Assembly (NCBI GenBank): GCA_016875915.1
Contig: VGOM01000002.1
Location: forward strand, 23,263-87,262
Direction: 5' to 3'
Origin: Chloroflexota bacterium
Lineage (GTDB): Bacteria > Chloroflexota > Dehalococcoidia > UBA2247 > RBG-13-53-26
DNA length: 64,000 nt
Shown: positions 9,964-18,454 of the stretch, piece by piece
How the letters are laid out: every line of letters begins with the position of its first letter
Numbering within the stretch: the stretch's first letter is position 1
Made by a program: the position numbers and the translations under genes
The notes under the pieces: generated by a model
Databases searched by the model: none
What the model saw: the letters and a program-made list of their open reading frames with translations, nothing else
What the model was told of the DNA's origin: nothing

Positions 9964-11427
9964 CTAGTCCCTCGATAGGGTACGGACCACCCTGCCTTCG
10001 CTGTCTCTGATATTGACCTGGAGTTGCATCTGGCCGGGCAACGCGTGGGTGGCGCAGGAGAGGCAGGGATCATAGGCCCGGAAGGCCATCTCCACCATAT
10101 TCAGGAAGCCTTCCTTCACCTCATGCCCCTTGACGAACCCCATGGCGGCCTTCTTCACCGAAAGGCAGATGGGCGCCGCGTTGTGCTGCGTGGCCACTAT
10201 CAGATTCACCTTCGTGATCAGACCGCGGTCATCGGTCTCATAGTGATGCAGCAGCGTGCCCCGGGCGGCCTCAACGCAGCCGATGCCGACCTTCTTCAGC
10301 TTCATATCCATGTTGCGGATGTCCTTGCCAGTCAGCAGAGGATCGCTGGCTATTCTCTGCAGATCCTCCGCGGCCTGCAAGGCCTCGATGAGCCGGGCCC
10401 AGTGGAAGGCCAGGGTGTGGTGGCTCGGCCTGCCTCCCAGCGTCTCAAACATCTGCTCGTATTCCTTGTGGGCCAGCGGCGTGGCCATCCCTTCAGCCAC
10501 GTTCAATCTCGCCAGCGGACCAACGCGGTACAGGGATGTACCGTCCCCTTCGATCAACCCGCTCCAGCCGACCTTCCTCAAATGGGTCAGTCTGATGTAT
10601 GTCCACGGCTCCACCCACTCTGCCATGTAGTCAACGTAGCGATGCGGGTCAAACAGGGCGCACTCCTTGCCCTGGGGATCCACGAGCCTGAGCTTGCCTT
10701 CGTAGAAGTTGGCCTTCTTGTCCTCATCCACCATACCCATGTAGTAGCTCTGGAGCTTGTAGGCATCGCTGAGCACCAGGTCAAGATAGGCCTTGTTCTC
10801 CAGGACAACGTCCTTGAACAGCTTCAGGGCAAAACGGGCGAACTCCACGGAATCGTCGGCCGTCTGCCTGATCCACTTCCTCTCCTCAACAGTGATCCCC
10901 CGGGACACGCCTCCGGGCAGCCCCCCCTCCGGATGAGGCGGCTTGCTGGCCACCAGCTTGATGATCTCGCGGCACCTCTTCCTTATGTCGATAACCTTGC
11001 CGCCGATCTCCAGTCCCACCTTCCTGATCACACCGATGATGTTCCTCTCGGCAGGGTCGGCGTCCGGCCCCACCACGAAGTCCGGCCCAGCGAGGAAGAA
11101 GAAGTGGATGTAGTGGTCCTCAACATAGAACGCATTGTAGTGGAGCTGCCTGATCAGCTTGGCCGTCGGCGTCGGTTCGACGCTGTACAGGTCATCCAGG
11201 GCTTTGGTGGCCGCCATGTTGTGCGGCGTGGGGCAAACCCCGCAGATGTTGGACACGATCCGGGGCATTTCCTCAGCTGGCCGGCCCAGGCAGAACCTCT
11301 CGAAACCCCTGAGCTCAACCACCTGCCAGTAGGCATCCTTTACATCTCCCTTGTCATCCAGGAAGATCTCGATCTTCCCATGCCCCTCGAGCCTGGTTAT
11401 CGGGTTTATGGTCAGTTTGCTGGTCAT
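9964..11427 (-). CDS. mvhA: [NiFe]-hydrogenase large subunit, group 3c (Mvh/Vhu-type)
   Basis: N-terminal RLEGHG and CGVCPTPH Ni-binding motifs and C-terminal DPCLSCATHAL, with a cleavable C-terminal extension. Confidence 0.92.
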   Translation of the reverse strand: MTSKLTINPITRLEGHGKIEIFLDDKGDVKDAYWQVVELRGFERFCLGRPAEEMPRIVSNICGVCPTPHNMAATKALDDLYSVEPTPTAKLIRQLHYNAFYVEDHYIHFFFLAGPDFVVGPDADPAERNIIGVIRKVGLEIGGKVIDIRKRCREIIKLVASKPPHPEGGLPGGVSRGITVEERKWIRQTADDSVEFARFALKLFKDVVLENKAYLDLVLSDAYKLQSYYMGMVDEDKKANFYEGKLRLVDPQGKECALFDPHRYVDYMAEWVEPWTYIRLTHLRKVGWSGLIEGDGTSLYRVGPLARLNVAEGMATPLAHKEYEQMFETLGGRPSHHTLAFHWARLIEALQAAEDLQRIASDPLLTGKDIRNMDMKLKKVGIGCVEAARGTLLHHYETDDRGLITKVNLIVATQHNAAPICLSVKKAAMGFVKGHEVKEGFLNMVEMAFRAYDPCLSCATHALPGQMQLQVNIRDSEGRVVRTLSRD

Positions 11428-11450
11428 AACTCAATGCTCCTCGTTCTCTT

Positions 11451-12416
11451 CTAGACTCTCTTCTTCCTCAAGAGGGATGTCGGCATCGAGAAGCGGTACA
11501 GGTAGCCGACGGGGTCGTCTATCCCGTCCATGACCTTCCTGATGTCCTCTTCCTTCTCGGCATCGACGATGGCCGCCAGGGCGGACACGAACTTGGCCCC
11601 GGAGTCCTCTACCCCCTCCACGGGTCCGAAGCAGCCCCGGCAGGGAAGATTGATATTGAGGCAAGCCTCTCCGCAGCCTGAGCGGGTGGCCGGTCCCAGG
11701 CAGAGCACGCCCTGCACCAGGAAACAGGTGTTGGGCTCCGCCTCGATCTGGTGGATCCTCTTGACCTCCTTGATGGTGAAACGGCTGGGTTTGGTCTTGT
11801 TGCGCGGACAGGTGTCGCACAGGGCTTTGTGCGGCGTCAGTGTCGAGCCCTTGGGGGGCAGCTTGCCTTCAAGGACGGCAGTCACCGCATTCATGATCAG
11901 GTCAGGAGGCGGGGGGCATCCCGGCAGGTAGTAGTCCACGTCGACGGCATGCTTGAGCGCATACACCTCACCGAAGAACTCCGGAAGCGTCAACTCCCGG
12001 CCATTCGAGGTGCATTTGGTCTGTGGGCGGCTGCCCTTGGGATTGACCACCGTTGGGGCGTCCCGGTACACCCAGTTGAAGATGTCTTCCTTCGTGGTCA
12101 GATTGGCCAGTCCGGGCGTCCCTCCAAAACAGGCGCAGGCTCCGAAGGCCAGCACCAACTGGGACTTCTTCCGGAGCAATCTGGCCACCTCTTCGTGATC
12201 GGAGTTCCTCACATTGCCGTTGATGATGCTCAGTGCGATCTCGCCGTCCTTCATGGCCTCCACGTGGTGGTACTTGAAGTCCAACGCCACCGGCCAGAGG
12301 ACGAAATCGACGGCGTCCACGACCTTGAGGACGGCCTCATTGATGTCCACGACAGCTTCGTCACAGCCCCCGCAGCCACCCAGCCAACAGATCGCCACTT
12401 TTGGTTTGTCTGCCAT
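11451..12416 (-). CDS. mvhG: [NiFe]-hydrogenase small subunit, group 3c
   Basis: Proximal-cluster Cys pattern (WLGGCGGCDEA...GACACFGG...LPGCPP) and a cytoplasmic type without a Tat signal. Confidence 0.9.
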   Translation of the reverse strand: MADKPKVAICWLGGCGGCDEAVVDINEAVLKVVDAVDFVLWPVALDFKYHHVEAMKDGEIALSIINGNVRNSDHEEVARLLRKKSQLVLAFGACACFGGTPGLANLTTKEDIFNWVYRDAPTVVNPKGSRPQTKCTSNGRELTLPEFFGEVYALKHAVDVDYYLPGCPPPPDLIMNAVTAVLEGKLPPKGSTLTPHKALCDTCPRNKTKPSRFTIKEVKRIHQIEAEPNTCFLVQGVLCLGPATRSGCGEACLNINLPCRGCFGPVEGVEDSGAKFVSALAAIVDAEKEEDIRKVMDGIDDPVGYLYRFSMPTSLLRKKRV

Positions 12417-12436
12417 CTTCGCTCCCTTTCACCAGT

Positions 12437-12862
12437 CTAGACCGCAGAGGCCTTCTCTGCGTGTTCCTTGGCCTTCTTCACCGGGCCCAGCTTGGCCAGC
12501 CTGTCGCTCATCTCCTTCACAATGGCGGGGATGGTCTTCCCCTCCGGGTCGAGAGACAGTCTGATCTCCAGCCTCTCCTTCTCGATTCCGTAGGATTCCA
12601 GCACCCGGCGCAGCAGATAGACCCTCTTCTTCGCCTCGAAGTTGCCGTCCTGGTAGTGACAATCGCCTTCCGGGCAGCCCAGGATCAGCACACCATCGGC
12701 ACCATGCTGGAAGGCACTGAGTATGTGGGTGGATTCGATCTTGCCGCTGCAGATGATGGGAATCCAGTTCTTCACCTGACGCGCCAGCGAGACCTCGTCA
12801 GCCACATAGCCCCAGCTAAACCTACAGGAGAAGCAGACCAACTTGGGTTCGTAGTTCTTCAT
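12437..12862 (-). CDS. mvhD: methyl-viologen-reducing hydrogenase delta subunit (MvhD) family protein
   Basis: FSCRFSWGY...ILGCPEGDCHYQDGN is the MvhD [2Fe-2S] signature. Confidence 0.85.
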   Translation of the reverse strand: MKNYEPKLVCFSCRFSWGYVADEVSLARQVKNWIPIICSGKIESTHILSAFQHGADGVLILGCPEGDCHYQDGNFEAKKRVYLLRRVLESYGIEKERLEIRLSLDPEGKTIPAIVKEMSDRLAKLGPVKKAKEHAEKASAV

Positions 12863-12895
12863 TTCTTCTCTCCCTAAGCCTCCTCTGGAGTAACT

Positions 12896-14686
12896 CTAGA
12901 GCGCGGCGCATGCCTCGAAGATGCGCTCTTCGGTGTCATCATCGACCAGCTTCCTGGCGTGTGACGGACAGGCCACTACGCACATGCCGCAGGACTTGCA
13001 CCGGAACATGTCCGTCGTCGATACGGTCTTGCCCTCCACATCGGTCAGCCTGGCCGAATCGTAGTTGCAGACATAGACACACATGCCGCAGCCACTGCAC
13101 CTCTTCTCGTCAACAGCCACCGAATAGAGCGACTTCTCAAAGCCTATGGAGATGCAGGCCTTGCAGGAAACGCACGGGCCGCAGGTGATACACCTCTTGG
13201 CCTCCTCCCTGGCTTCCTGCAGGGTGAAACCCTTCTCGAACAATTGGAAATGCATCCTCTTCTCAGGGGGTATCCAGGCTACCTCGGCTTCGGGCTTGTA
13301 GTCCCTCCTCAAGGGAATGCCAAACCCTTCGTAGTCCCTCTTCCGCCCCTCCCTCATGTCCAGGCCCCTGAGGAACCTCTCTATCGATTCAGCGGCGACC
13401 AATCCCTCCTTCATGGCCTCTACCATGAAGCCGATCCTCCTCACGTCGCCGCCCACAAAGACATAGCCCTTTCTCAGGCTCTGCAGGGTGAAGGGGTCCA
13501 CCACCAGCCGGCCCCGTTCGTCCAGTAGCCCCTCCCTCTGCAGGAAGGCCTTGTCCGGCACCTGCCCCACGGTGATGACCAGCATGTCACCTTCCATGTC
13601 GGTGCAGTCGGCACAGTCAAACTGGGGATTGAAGCCCTTTTCATCGAACACGCTGGTGCATTTGGGGCAGATGATCTTCTTGAATCTGCCGTGCTCACCA
13701 ACGATCTTCTGCACGCCGCGTGAGTACGTTATCGGTATCCCCTCTTCCCACGCCCCGCGGATTTCCTCCTCATCGGCAGGGATGCCATCCTTGGTGCCTT
13801 TGTCCTCACTCTCCAGACAGATGATGCTCACATCTCCACCCAGCCTCCTGGCCGTCCTGGCCACATCGAAGGCCACGTTGCCACCTCCGATGACCACCAG
13901 CCTCTTGCCCTTGAAGTAGTCCGCGGTGATATTGCCATGACTGACCTCATAGAGAAGGGTGTGGCCGTACATCACCCCGGACAGATCCTGCCCTTCCACG
14001 ACCTCTCCGTCGAAGGTCAGCACCCGGGGGTACGGCGTCCCCTTGGCCAGGAAGACAGCCCTGTAGCCTTCGTTTCTCAGCCTCTCCATCGTCAGTCGGC
14101 CCTCACCGACCCTGGACCCGAACTTGACGTCTATCCCGGCGATCCGCACCAGGCTGTCCATGGTGGTGGTCAGGACATCCTCCGGCAGGCGGTAGTTCGG
14201 TATGAGCCAAAGCGCGCCTCCCAGCCGCTTGGACTCCTCGAATATGGTCACCCGGTAGCCCTTCCTGCTCAGGGCATAGGCACACATCAGTCCGCCCGGC
14301 CCGCCACCGATGATGGCGATGTTCTCCTTGTCCTTGACGATGCTCAGTTCCTCTTTCTGTTTCAGATGCGGAGTGTAGTGATCAGAGAGGAACCTCTTGA
14401 GCAGCCTCCGCCTGATCGCCCCACCCTTGTTCTTGTAGTTGCACTCCAGCTCGCACAGTCCGCAGATATAGCCGCAGACGTTGAAGAAGGGATTCTTCTC
14501 ATACAGATAGTCGCCAATCTGAATGACCTCGTTCTTGGCCTGCTCCAACTCCTCCGGCAGCAGCGAGATGAGCACATTCGTCCGCTGGATGTCCTCGTTG
14601 ATGGGGCACTTGATCTGGCACGGTGGCAGGAGCTGCTTCATGGCTTCCTCAACCCGGGCCACTCCCTTGCTTTCGGTCCTCCACAT
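12896..14686 (-). CDS. GltD/NfnB/SudA-like FAD- and NAD(P)-binding oxidoreductase fused to a C-terminal poly-ferredoxin
   Basis: An N-terminal 2x[4Fe-4S] Cys region typical of GltD; two Rossmann GGG motifs (IIGGGPGG, VVIGGGNVAFD); and a C-terminal triple CxxCxxCxxxCP ferredoxin. GGAGG RBS. It is the first gene of the mvhD-G-A operon. Confidence 0.75.
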   Translation of the reverse strand: MWRTESKGVARVEEAMKQLLPPCQIKCPINEDIQRTNVLISLLPEELEQAKNEVIQIGDYLYEKNPFFNVCGYICGLCELECNYKNKGGAIRRRLLKRFLSDHYTPHLKQKEELSIVKDKENIAIIGGGPGGLMCAYALSRKGYRVTIFEESKRLGGALWLIPNYRLPEDVLTTTMDSLVRIAGIDVKFGSRVGEGRLTMERLRNEGYRAVFLAKGTPYPRVLTFDGEVVEGQDLSGVMYGHTLLYEVSHGNITADYFKGKRLVVIGGGNVAFDVARTARRLGGDVSIICLESEDKGTKDGIPADEEEIRGAWEEGIPITYSRGVQKIVGEHGRFKKIICPKCTSVFDEKGFNPQFDCADCTDMEGDMLVITVGQVPDKAFLQREGLLDERGRLVVDPFTLQSLRKGYVFVGGDVRRIGFMVEAMKEGLVAAESIERFLRGLDMREGRKRDYEGFGIPLRRDYKPEAEVAWIPPEKRMHFQLFEKGFTLQEAREEAKRCITCGPCVSCKACISIGFEKSLYSVAVDEKRCSGCGMCVYVCNYDSARLTDVEGKTVSTTDMFRCKSCGMCVVACPSHARKLVDDDTEERIFEACAAL

Positions 14687-14788
14687 AGTCGACGCCTCCG
14701 TTTACATAAGAATACTGGTGGCTTCAGAGGGATGGTTTCGGTTCCACTGCCCCACCACCCCACCCTCGTCAGAGCCGCAAAAACGAAC

Positions 14789-14815
14789 GGGAGAGCCCCC
14801 GCTGCGGGCTCTCCC
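14789..14815 (-). promoter_or_regulatory. perfect 10-bp GC-rich stem-loop with a downstream U-run, in the leader/upstream region of the hydrogenase operon
   Basis: Minus-strand GGGAGAGCCC-gcagcgg-GGGCUCUCCC followed by GUUCGUUUUUGCGG, about 100 nt upstream of the ATG at 14686. This is terminator-like geometry in a 5' region. Confidence 0.35.
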
Positions 14816-14978
14816 TGAGTAGCTGCTGAGCGAATACCTTGATGGCACCGTGGAAATCCACCCTTTATTGTAGGGCAGTGGCCCGCACAATGCAAAACCA
14901 GTGTACTCGACCTCCGCATTTGACCGCGGGGTCGGCCCTCTTCAGTACTAGGTGCTCGCCCGGGGGACACGGTGTGCC

Positions 14979-14995
14979 TAGGCAGAAATACCTAG
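14979..14995. promoter_or_regulatory. palindromic motif TAGGCAGAAATACCTAG (copy A), a putative regulator operator
   Basis: Near-identical motif at 26430-26446 (TAGGCATAAATGCCTAC). Both lie upstream of the paralogous small membrane-protein genes; copy B is a perfect 7-2-7 palindrome. Confidence 0.4.
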
Positions 14996-15082
14996 AGCCA
15001 ACAGGCATAATAGCGGAATCCAGTGCCACCGGCCCTGTGCTAATGTCATCAATAGCCAACAACCAAGGAGGCAGGGAACACA

Positions 15083-15253
15083 ATGGAATGGCAGTTGATT
15101 GTAGCGCTGGTCATCATGATCCCGGTAATTCTTCTGCCGGTGGCCTTCGTGTGGTACCTCAACCTCGGGGGGATGCGCCTACTGCTTCGCGCCGTTCGGA
15201 GAGGCAAGGCGACCGACAAACAACGGGCGGTCGCCCCTGAGGAGGCAAGATAG
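15083..15253 (+). CDS. small single-pass membrane protein (56 aa), paralog A
   Basis: Hand translation: MEWQLIVALVIMIPVILLPVAFVWYLNLGGMRLLLRAVRRGKATDKQRAVAPEEAR. GGAGG RBS. About 80% nucleotide identity over the first ~90 nt to the ORF at 26692. Below the size cutoff of the ORF track. Confidence 0.6.
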   Translation: MEWQLIVALVIMIPVILLPVAFVWYLNLGGMRLLLRAVRRGKATDKQRAVAPEEAR

Positions 15254-15421
15254 AGCCGCGATGCCGGTGGTGACGGGGGGAGGAAGCGCTGATCGACAGA
15301 GGGCGCTCCAGTGTGAGAACATAGCAGATGGGCCAAGTTCTCTCCCTTTCCGGAGGTCATCGGAGTACGATGCCAGGGCGCGTCTTTCGCCTGCCGAGAC
15401 TAACTCAGCCTCTCGTGTTGC

Positions 15422-16690
15422 GTGGGGCATATTGCCATGGTTAACGGCGCAGTAGCACCGTTCACAGGCGGCAACGAGGCTGAATGGGCCAGGTACCTCG
15501 AGAGGCTGCTCAAGACCGAGAGAGACCGCCTGATGTCGATCCTCAACTCCATGGAGGAGGGGGTCACCATCATCGGGCCGGACCACAAGATCCGGTTCAT
15601 GAACCCCAGCATGATGCGTCAGTTTGGTGACGGCACTGGCCTCCCCTGCTACAGACACCTCCGTGGCTACGATCAGCCCTGCCCCGACGTCTGCAGACTG
15701 CCGGAGGTGGTCAAGGGTGCTACGGAGCGATGGGAACACAGCTTTCCGGAAGGGGTGACCTACGAGGTGATCTCCTCCCCCTTTGCCGATACGGATCAGA
15801 CACCCTGCATGCTGTCAACGTTCAGGAATGTCACTCAGCAGAAGCAGATCCAGCTTGAGCTGATCAGGCTGAACCAGCTCAGATCAGAGGTCCTGGCCCA
15901 GATAACCAAGGACCTGGATCAGACCTCACATGAGGTGGTCCGCCTGCAGGAGGAGAAGCGCCGTTTCGTCCGCTTCCTGAGCGCCGTGGTACACGATCTC
16001 CGCGCTCCTCTGGCAGTCACTCAGAGCTGTCTGTGGACAATCCTGGAGGGCTACACCGGCGACGTCAACGACGAACAGAAGGACCTCCTGCAGAGGGGCA
16101 CCAGAAGGATCAATGACCTGATGGCACTTGTTGACGATCTGCTGGACATCCCCCGCATCGAATCGGGTCAACTGGTTCACGAGATGCAGGGCGTCTCCGT
16201 GAACGAAGTTGTCCGCCGGGCGCTCGATGGTCTGGACAGCCTGGCCGCAGAGAAGGGCATCAAGCTGGAGACGGCGCTGCCCGCCGTGACCCCCAGGGTC
16301 CATGGGTCAGCCCGGAGGCTGCAGCAGGTGGTCACCAATCTGGTGAACAACGCCATCGCCTACACCAACAAAGGGCAAGTGACGGTCAAGGTCTCTGAAG
16401 ACAACGGCAACGTCAAGGTTGAAGTCATGGACAGCGGCATCGGCATACCGGCGGACGATCTGTCGCGGCTCTTCGAGGATTTCTTCCGGGCCAGCAATGT
16501 GTCGGCCAAGGGTACCGGACTGGGACTGTCAATATCGAAGAGGATTGTCGAGGCCCATGGAGGCAGAATCTGGGTGGAGAGCCCGTGCCCCGAGACCAAG
16601 AAGGGCAGCAAGTTCAGCTTCACCCTGCCCAAGAGGACCGCGGTGCTGGCCGACGGAACAGCCAATGGGAATACTGGCAGACCTGCTTGA
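15422..16690 (+). CDS. cytoplasmic PAS-domain sensor histidine kinase with conserved 4-Cys PAS motif
   Basis: No TM helix. PAS domain with C-x10-C-x3-C...PCML; HisKA (AVVHDLRAPL) and HATPase_c (GTGLGLSISKRIVEAHGG). Paralog of the kinase at 23659. Confidence 0.85.
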   Translation: MGHIAMVNGAVAPFTGGNEAEWARYLERLLKTERDRLMSILNSMEEGVTIIGPDHKIRFMNPSMMRQFGDGTGLPCYRHLRGYDQPCPDVCRLPEVVKGATERWEHSFPEGVTYEVISSPFADTDQTPCMLSTFRNVTQQKQIQLELIRLNQLRSEVLAQITKDLDQTSHEVVRLQEEKRRFVRFLSAVVHDLRAPLAVTQSCLWTILEGYTGDVNDEQKDLLQRGTRRINDLMALVDDLLDIPRIESGQLVHEMQGVSVNEVVRRALDGLDSLAAEKGIKLETALPAVTPRVHGSARRLQQVVTNLVNNAIAYTNKGQVTVKVSEDNGNVKVEVMDSGIGIPADDLSRLFEDFFRASNVSAKGTGLGLSISKRIVEAHGGRIWVESPCPETKKGSKFSFTLPKRTAVLADGTANGNTGRPA

Positions 16691-16724
16691 GCCTGCCATA
16701 TAATTGTGAAGGAGGTAGGAGGCG

Positions 16725-17204
16725 ATGGAGAAGAAAGCCAAGATCCTGCTGATCGACGACGATCCCGACTTCGTGGAGGTAACCAGGAAGGTCCTGGAAA
16801 AGGGCGAGTCCTACCAGGTCGTCATTGCCGTCAACGGCAAGGAGGGCCTAGAGAAGGCCAAGAAGGAGAAGCCTGACCTCATCCTCCTGGACATCCTCAT
16901 GCCGGTGACAGATGGCTTCGGCTTCGCGGAACAGTTCAGCAAAGAGAGGTCACTGCGCAACATCCCCGTCCTGGCTCTGACCAGCTTCTCCACCTCTCTC
17001 GGGGAGCCATTTGCCTTTGACGTGGCGGAATTCATCAGGAAGCCCGTCGGCCCCCGAGACCTGATCGAGAGGGTGGAGAAGCACCTCAAACGAGCCGCAG
17101 AGAAGGCAGAGACGCGCGCTGTCAAGGTAAGCCCCAAGAGGCGTCCGGCCTCAGCCAAGCCCAGGCCGAAGGCCCCGGCCAGGACCAGCAAGCGTCCCAA
17201 GTAG
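16725..17204 (+). CDS. response regulator, receiver domain only, with a Lys/Pro/Ala-rich basic C-terminal tail
   Basis: CheY-like receiver (LLIDDDPDF...DLILLDILMP...) and then KVSPKRRPASAKPRPKAPARTSKRPK. Confidence 0.85.
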   Translation: MEKKAKILLIDDDPDFVEVTRKVLEKGESYQVVIAVNGKEGLEKAKKEKPDLILLDILMPVTDGFGFAEQFSKERSLRNIPVLALTSFSTSLGEPFAFDVAEFIRKPVGPRDLIERVEKHLKRAAEKAETRAVKVSPKRRPASAKPRPKAPARTSKRPK

Positions 17205-17275
17205 CCCTGCGGCTGCAGACCATTCCCGAGGCAGGCCAGATTGAGTCTTGACGGCAGAACGGATCAGGAAGAGAG

Positions 17276-18430
17276 GTGTCCACCATAGTCGTATCGCCTT
17301 TCAAGGAAGCCATCGATGCCGTTGTGGAGGCGGGGGGCAAGGCTCTGAAGCAGTGCTACCAGTGCGGCCTGTGCACCGGCACATGTCCGTGGAACCTGGT
17401 GAAGAGCTTCCCCACCCGCAAACTGATCCATCAGTCCCAGCTTGGCGCCGCCGACTTCGAGAGTGAGGATACCTGGACGTGCGCCACGTGCCGGGCATGC
17501 GTGGCCCGCTGCCCCAGGGGGGTGGCCATCATAGACATAATGAAGGCCCTCCGCGGAGTGATCGTGGGCATGGGGGCCGGCTATGTGCCGGACGGCCTGC
17601 GGGTGACCCTGAAGAACATCGCCGGAACGGGCAATCCTCTGGGCGAATCAGCGGAGAAGCGGACGGACTGGGCCAAGGACCTGGAGATCGCCCCTTTCAC
17701 CAGTGACACCGAGGTGCTCTACTTCTCCTGCTGCATCCCGGCCTACGACCCCAACATCAAGAGGGTGGCCAGGGCCACGGCGGCGATCCTCAAGAAGGCC
17801 GGGGTCAGCTTCGGTATGCTCGGCCCCCGGGAGAGCTGCTGCGGCGAGAGCGTGCGCAAGGCGGGAAACGAGAGCCTGTTCCAGACGCTGGCTCAGAGCA
17901 ACATCAGCGCCTTCGTGGAGAGAGGCGTGAAGAAGATCGTGGTCAGCTCTCCACACTGCTACCACACATTCAAGAATGAATACCCCGAGCTGGGCAGCAG
18001 CTTCGAGGTGACCCATCTCACCCAGTACCTTGCCGGACTGATCAGGGAGGAGCGGCTGAAGCCGAAGAAGGAACTGAACTTGAAGGTGACCTATCATGAT
18101 CCCTGCTACCTTGGGCGCCACAACAGCGTCTACGACGAACCCAGAGAGATCCTGACGAAGATCCCGGGGCTGGACCTCGTGGAGATGGCTGAGTGCCGAG
18201 AGAACAGCCTCTGCTGCGGAGGGGGCGGGAGCAGGATATGGCAGGAGACCAAGAAGGGCGAGAGGCTGTCCGATCTACGGCTGGACCAGGCGGTGGCCAC
18301 AGGGGCCAGCGTGCTGTCCACAGCCTGCCCCTACTGCATGCTCAACTTCGAGGACAGCATACTCACATCCAACAAGGGCGATATGATCAAGTTGAAGGAG
18401 ATCTCGGAACTGGTTCTGGAAGCCCTGTAG
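17276..18430 (+). CDS. heterodisulfide reductase subunit D-like protein (HdrC-like 2x[4Fe-4S] ferredoxin fused to an HdrB-like double CCG domain)
   Basis: CGLCTGTCP / CATCRACVARCP, then two CCG motifs (FSCCIPAYDP...CCGES and YHDPCYLGRHN...LCCGGGG). GTG start with an AGGAAGAGAGG RBS. Confidence 0.8.
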   Translation: MSTIVVSPFKEAIDAVVEAGGKALKQCYQCGLCTGTCPWNLVKSFPTRKLIHQSQLGAADFESEDTWTCATCRACVARCPRGVAIIDIMKALRGVIVGMGAGYVPDGLRVTLKNIAGTGNPLGESAEKRTDWAKDLEIAPFTSDTEVLYFSCCIPAYDPNIKRVARATAAILKKAGVSFGMLGPRESCCGESVRKAGNESLFQTLAQSNISAFVERGVKKIVVSSPHCYHTFKNEYPELGSSFEVTHLTQYLAGLIREERLKPKKELNLKVTYHDPCYLGRHNSVYDEPREILTKIPGLDLVEMAECRENSLCCGGGGSRIWQETKKGERLSDLRLDQAVATGASVLSTACPYCMLNFEDSILTSNKGDMIKLKEISELVLEAL

Positions 18431-18454
18431 CGAACGCGCAAGGAGATTCTGACC

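Noticed and set aside
10024-11454. 476-aa plus-strand ORF antisense to the hydrogenase large subunit
   Set aside because: A shadow ORF opposite mvhA, whose Ni-binding motifs make the minus-strand reading unambiguous.
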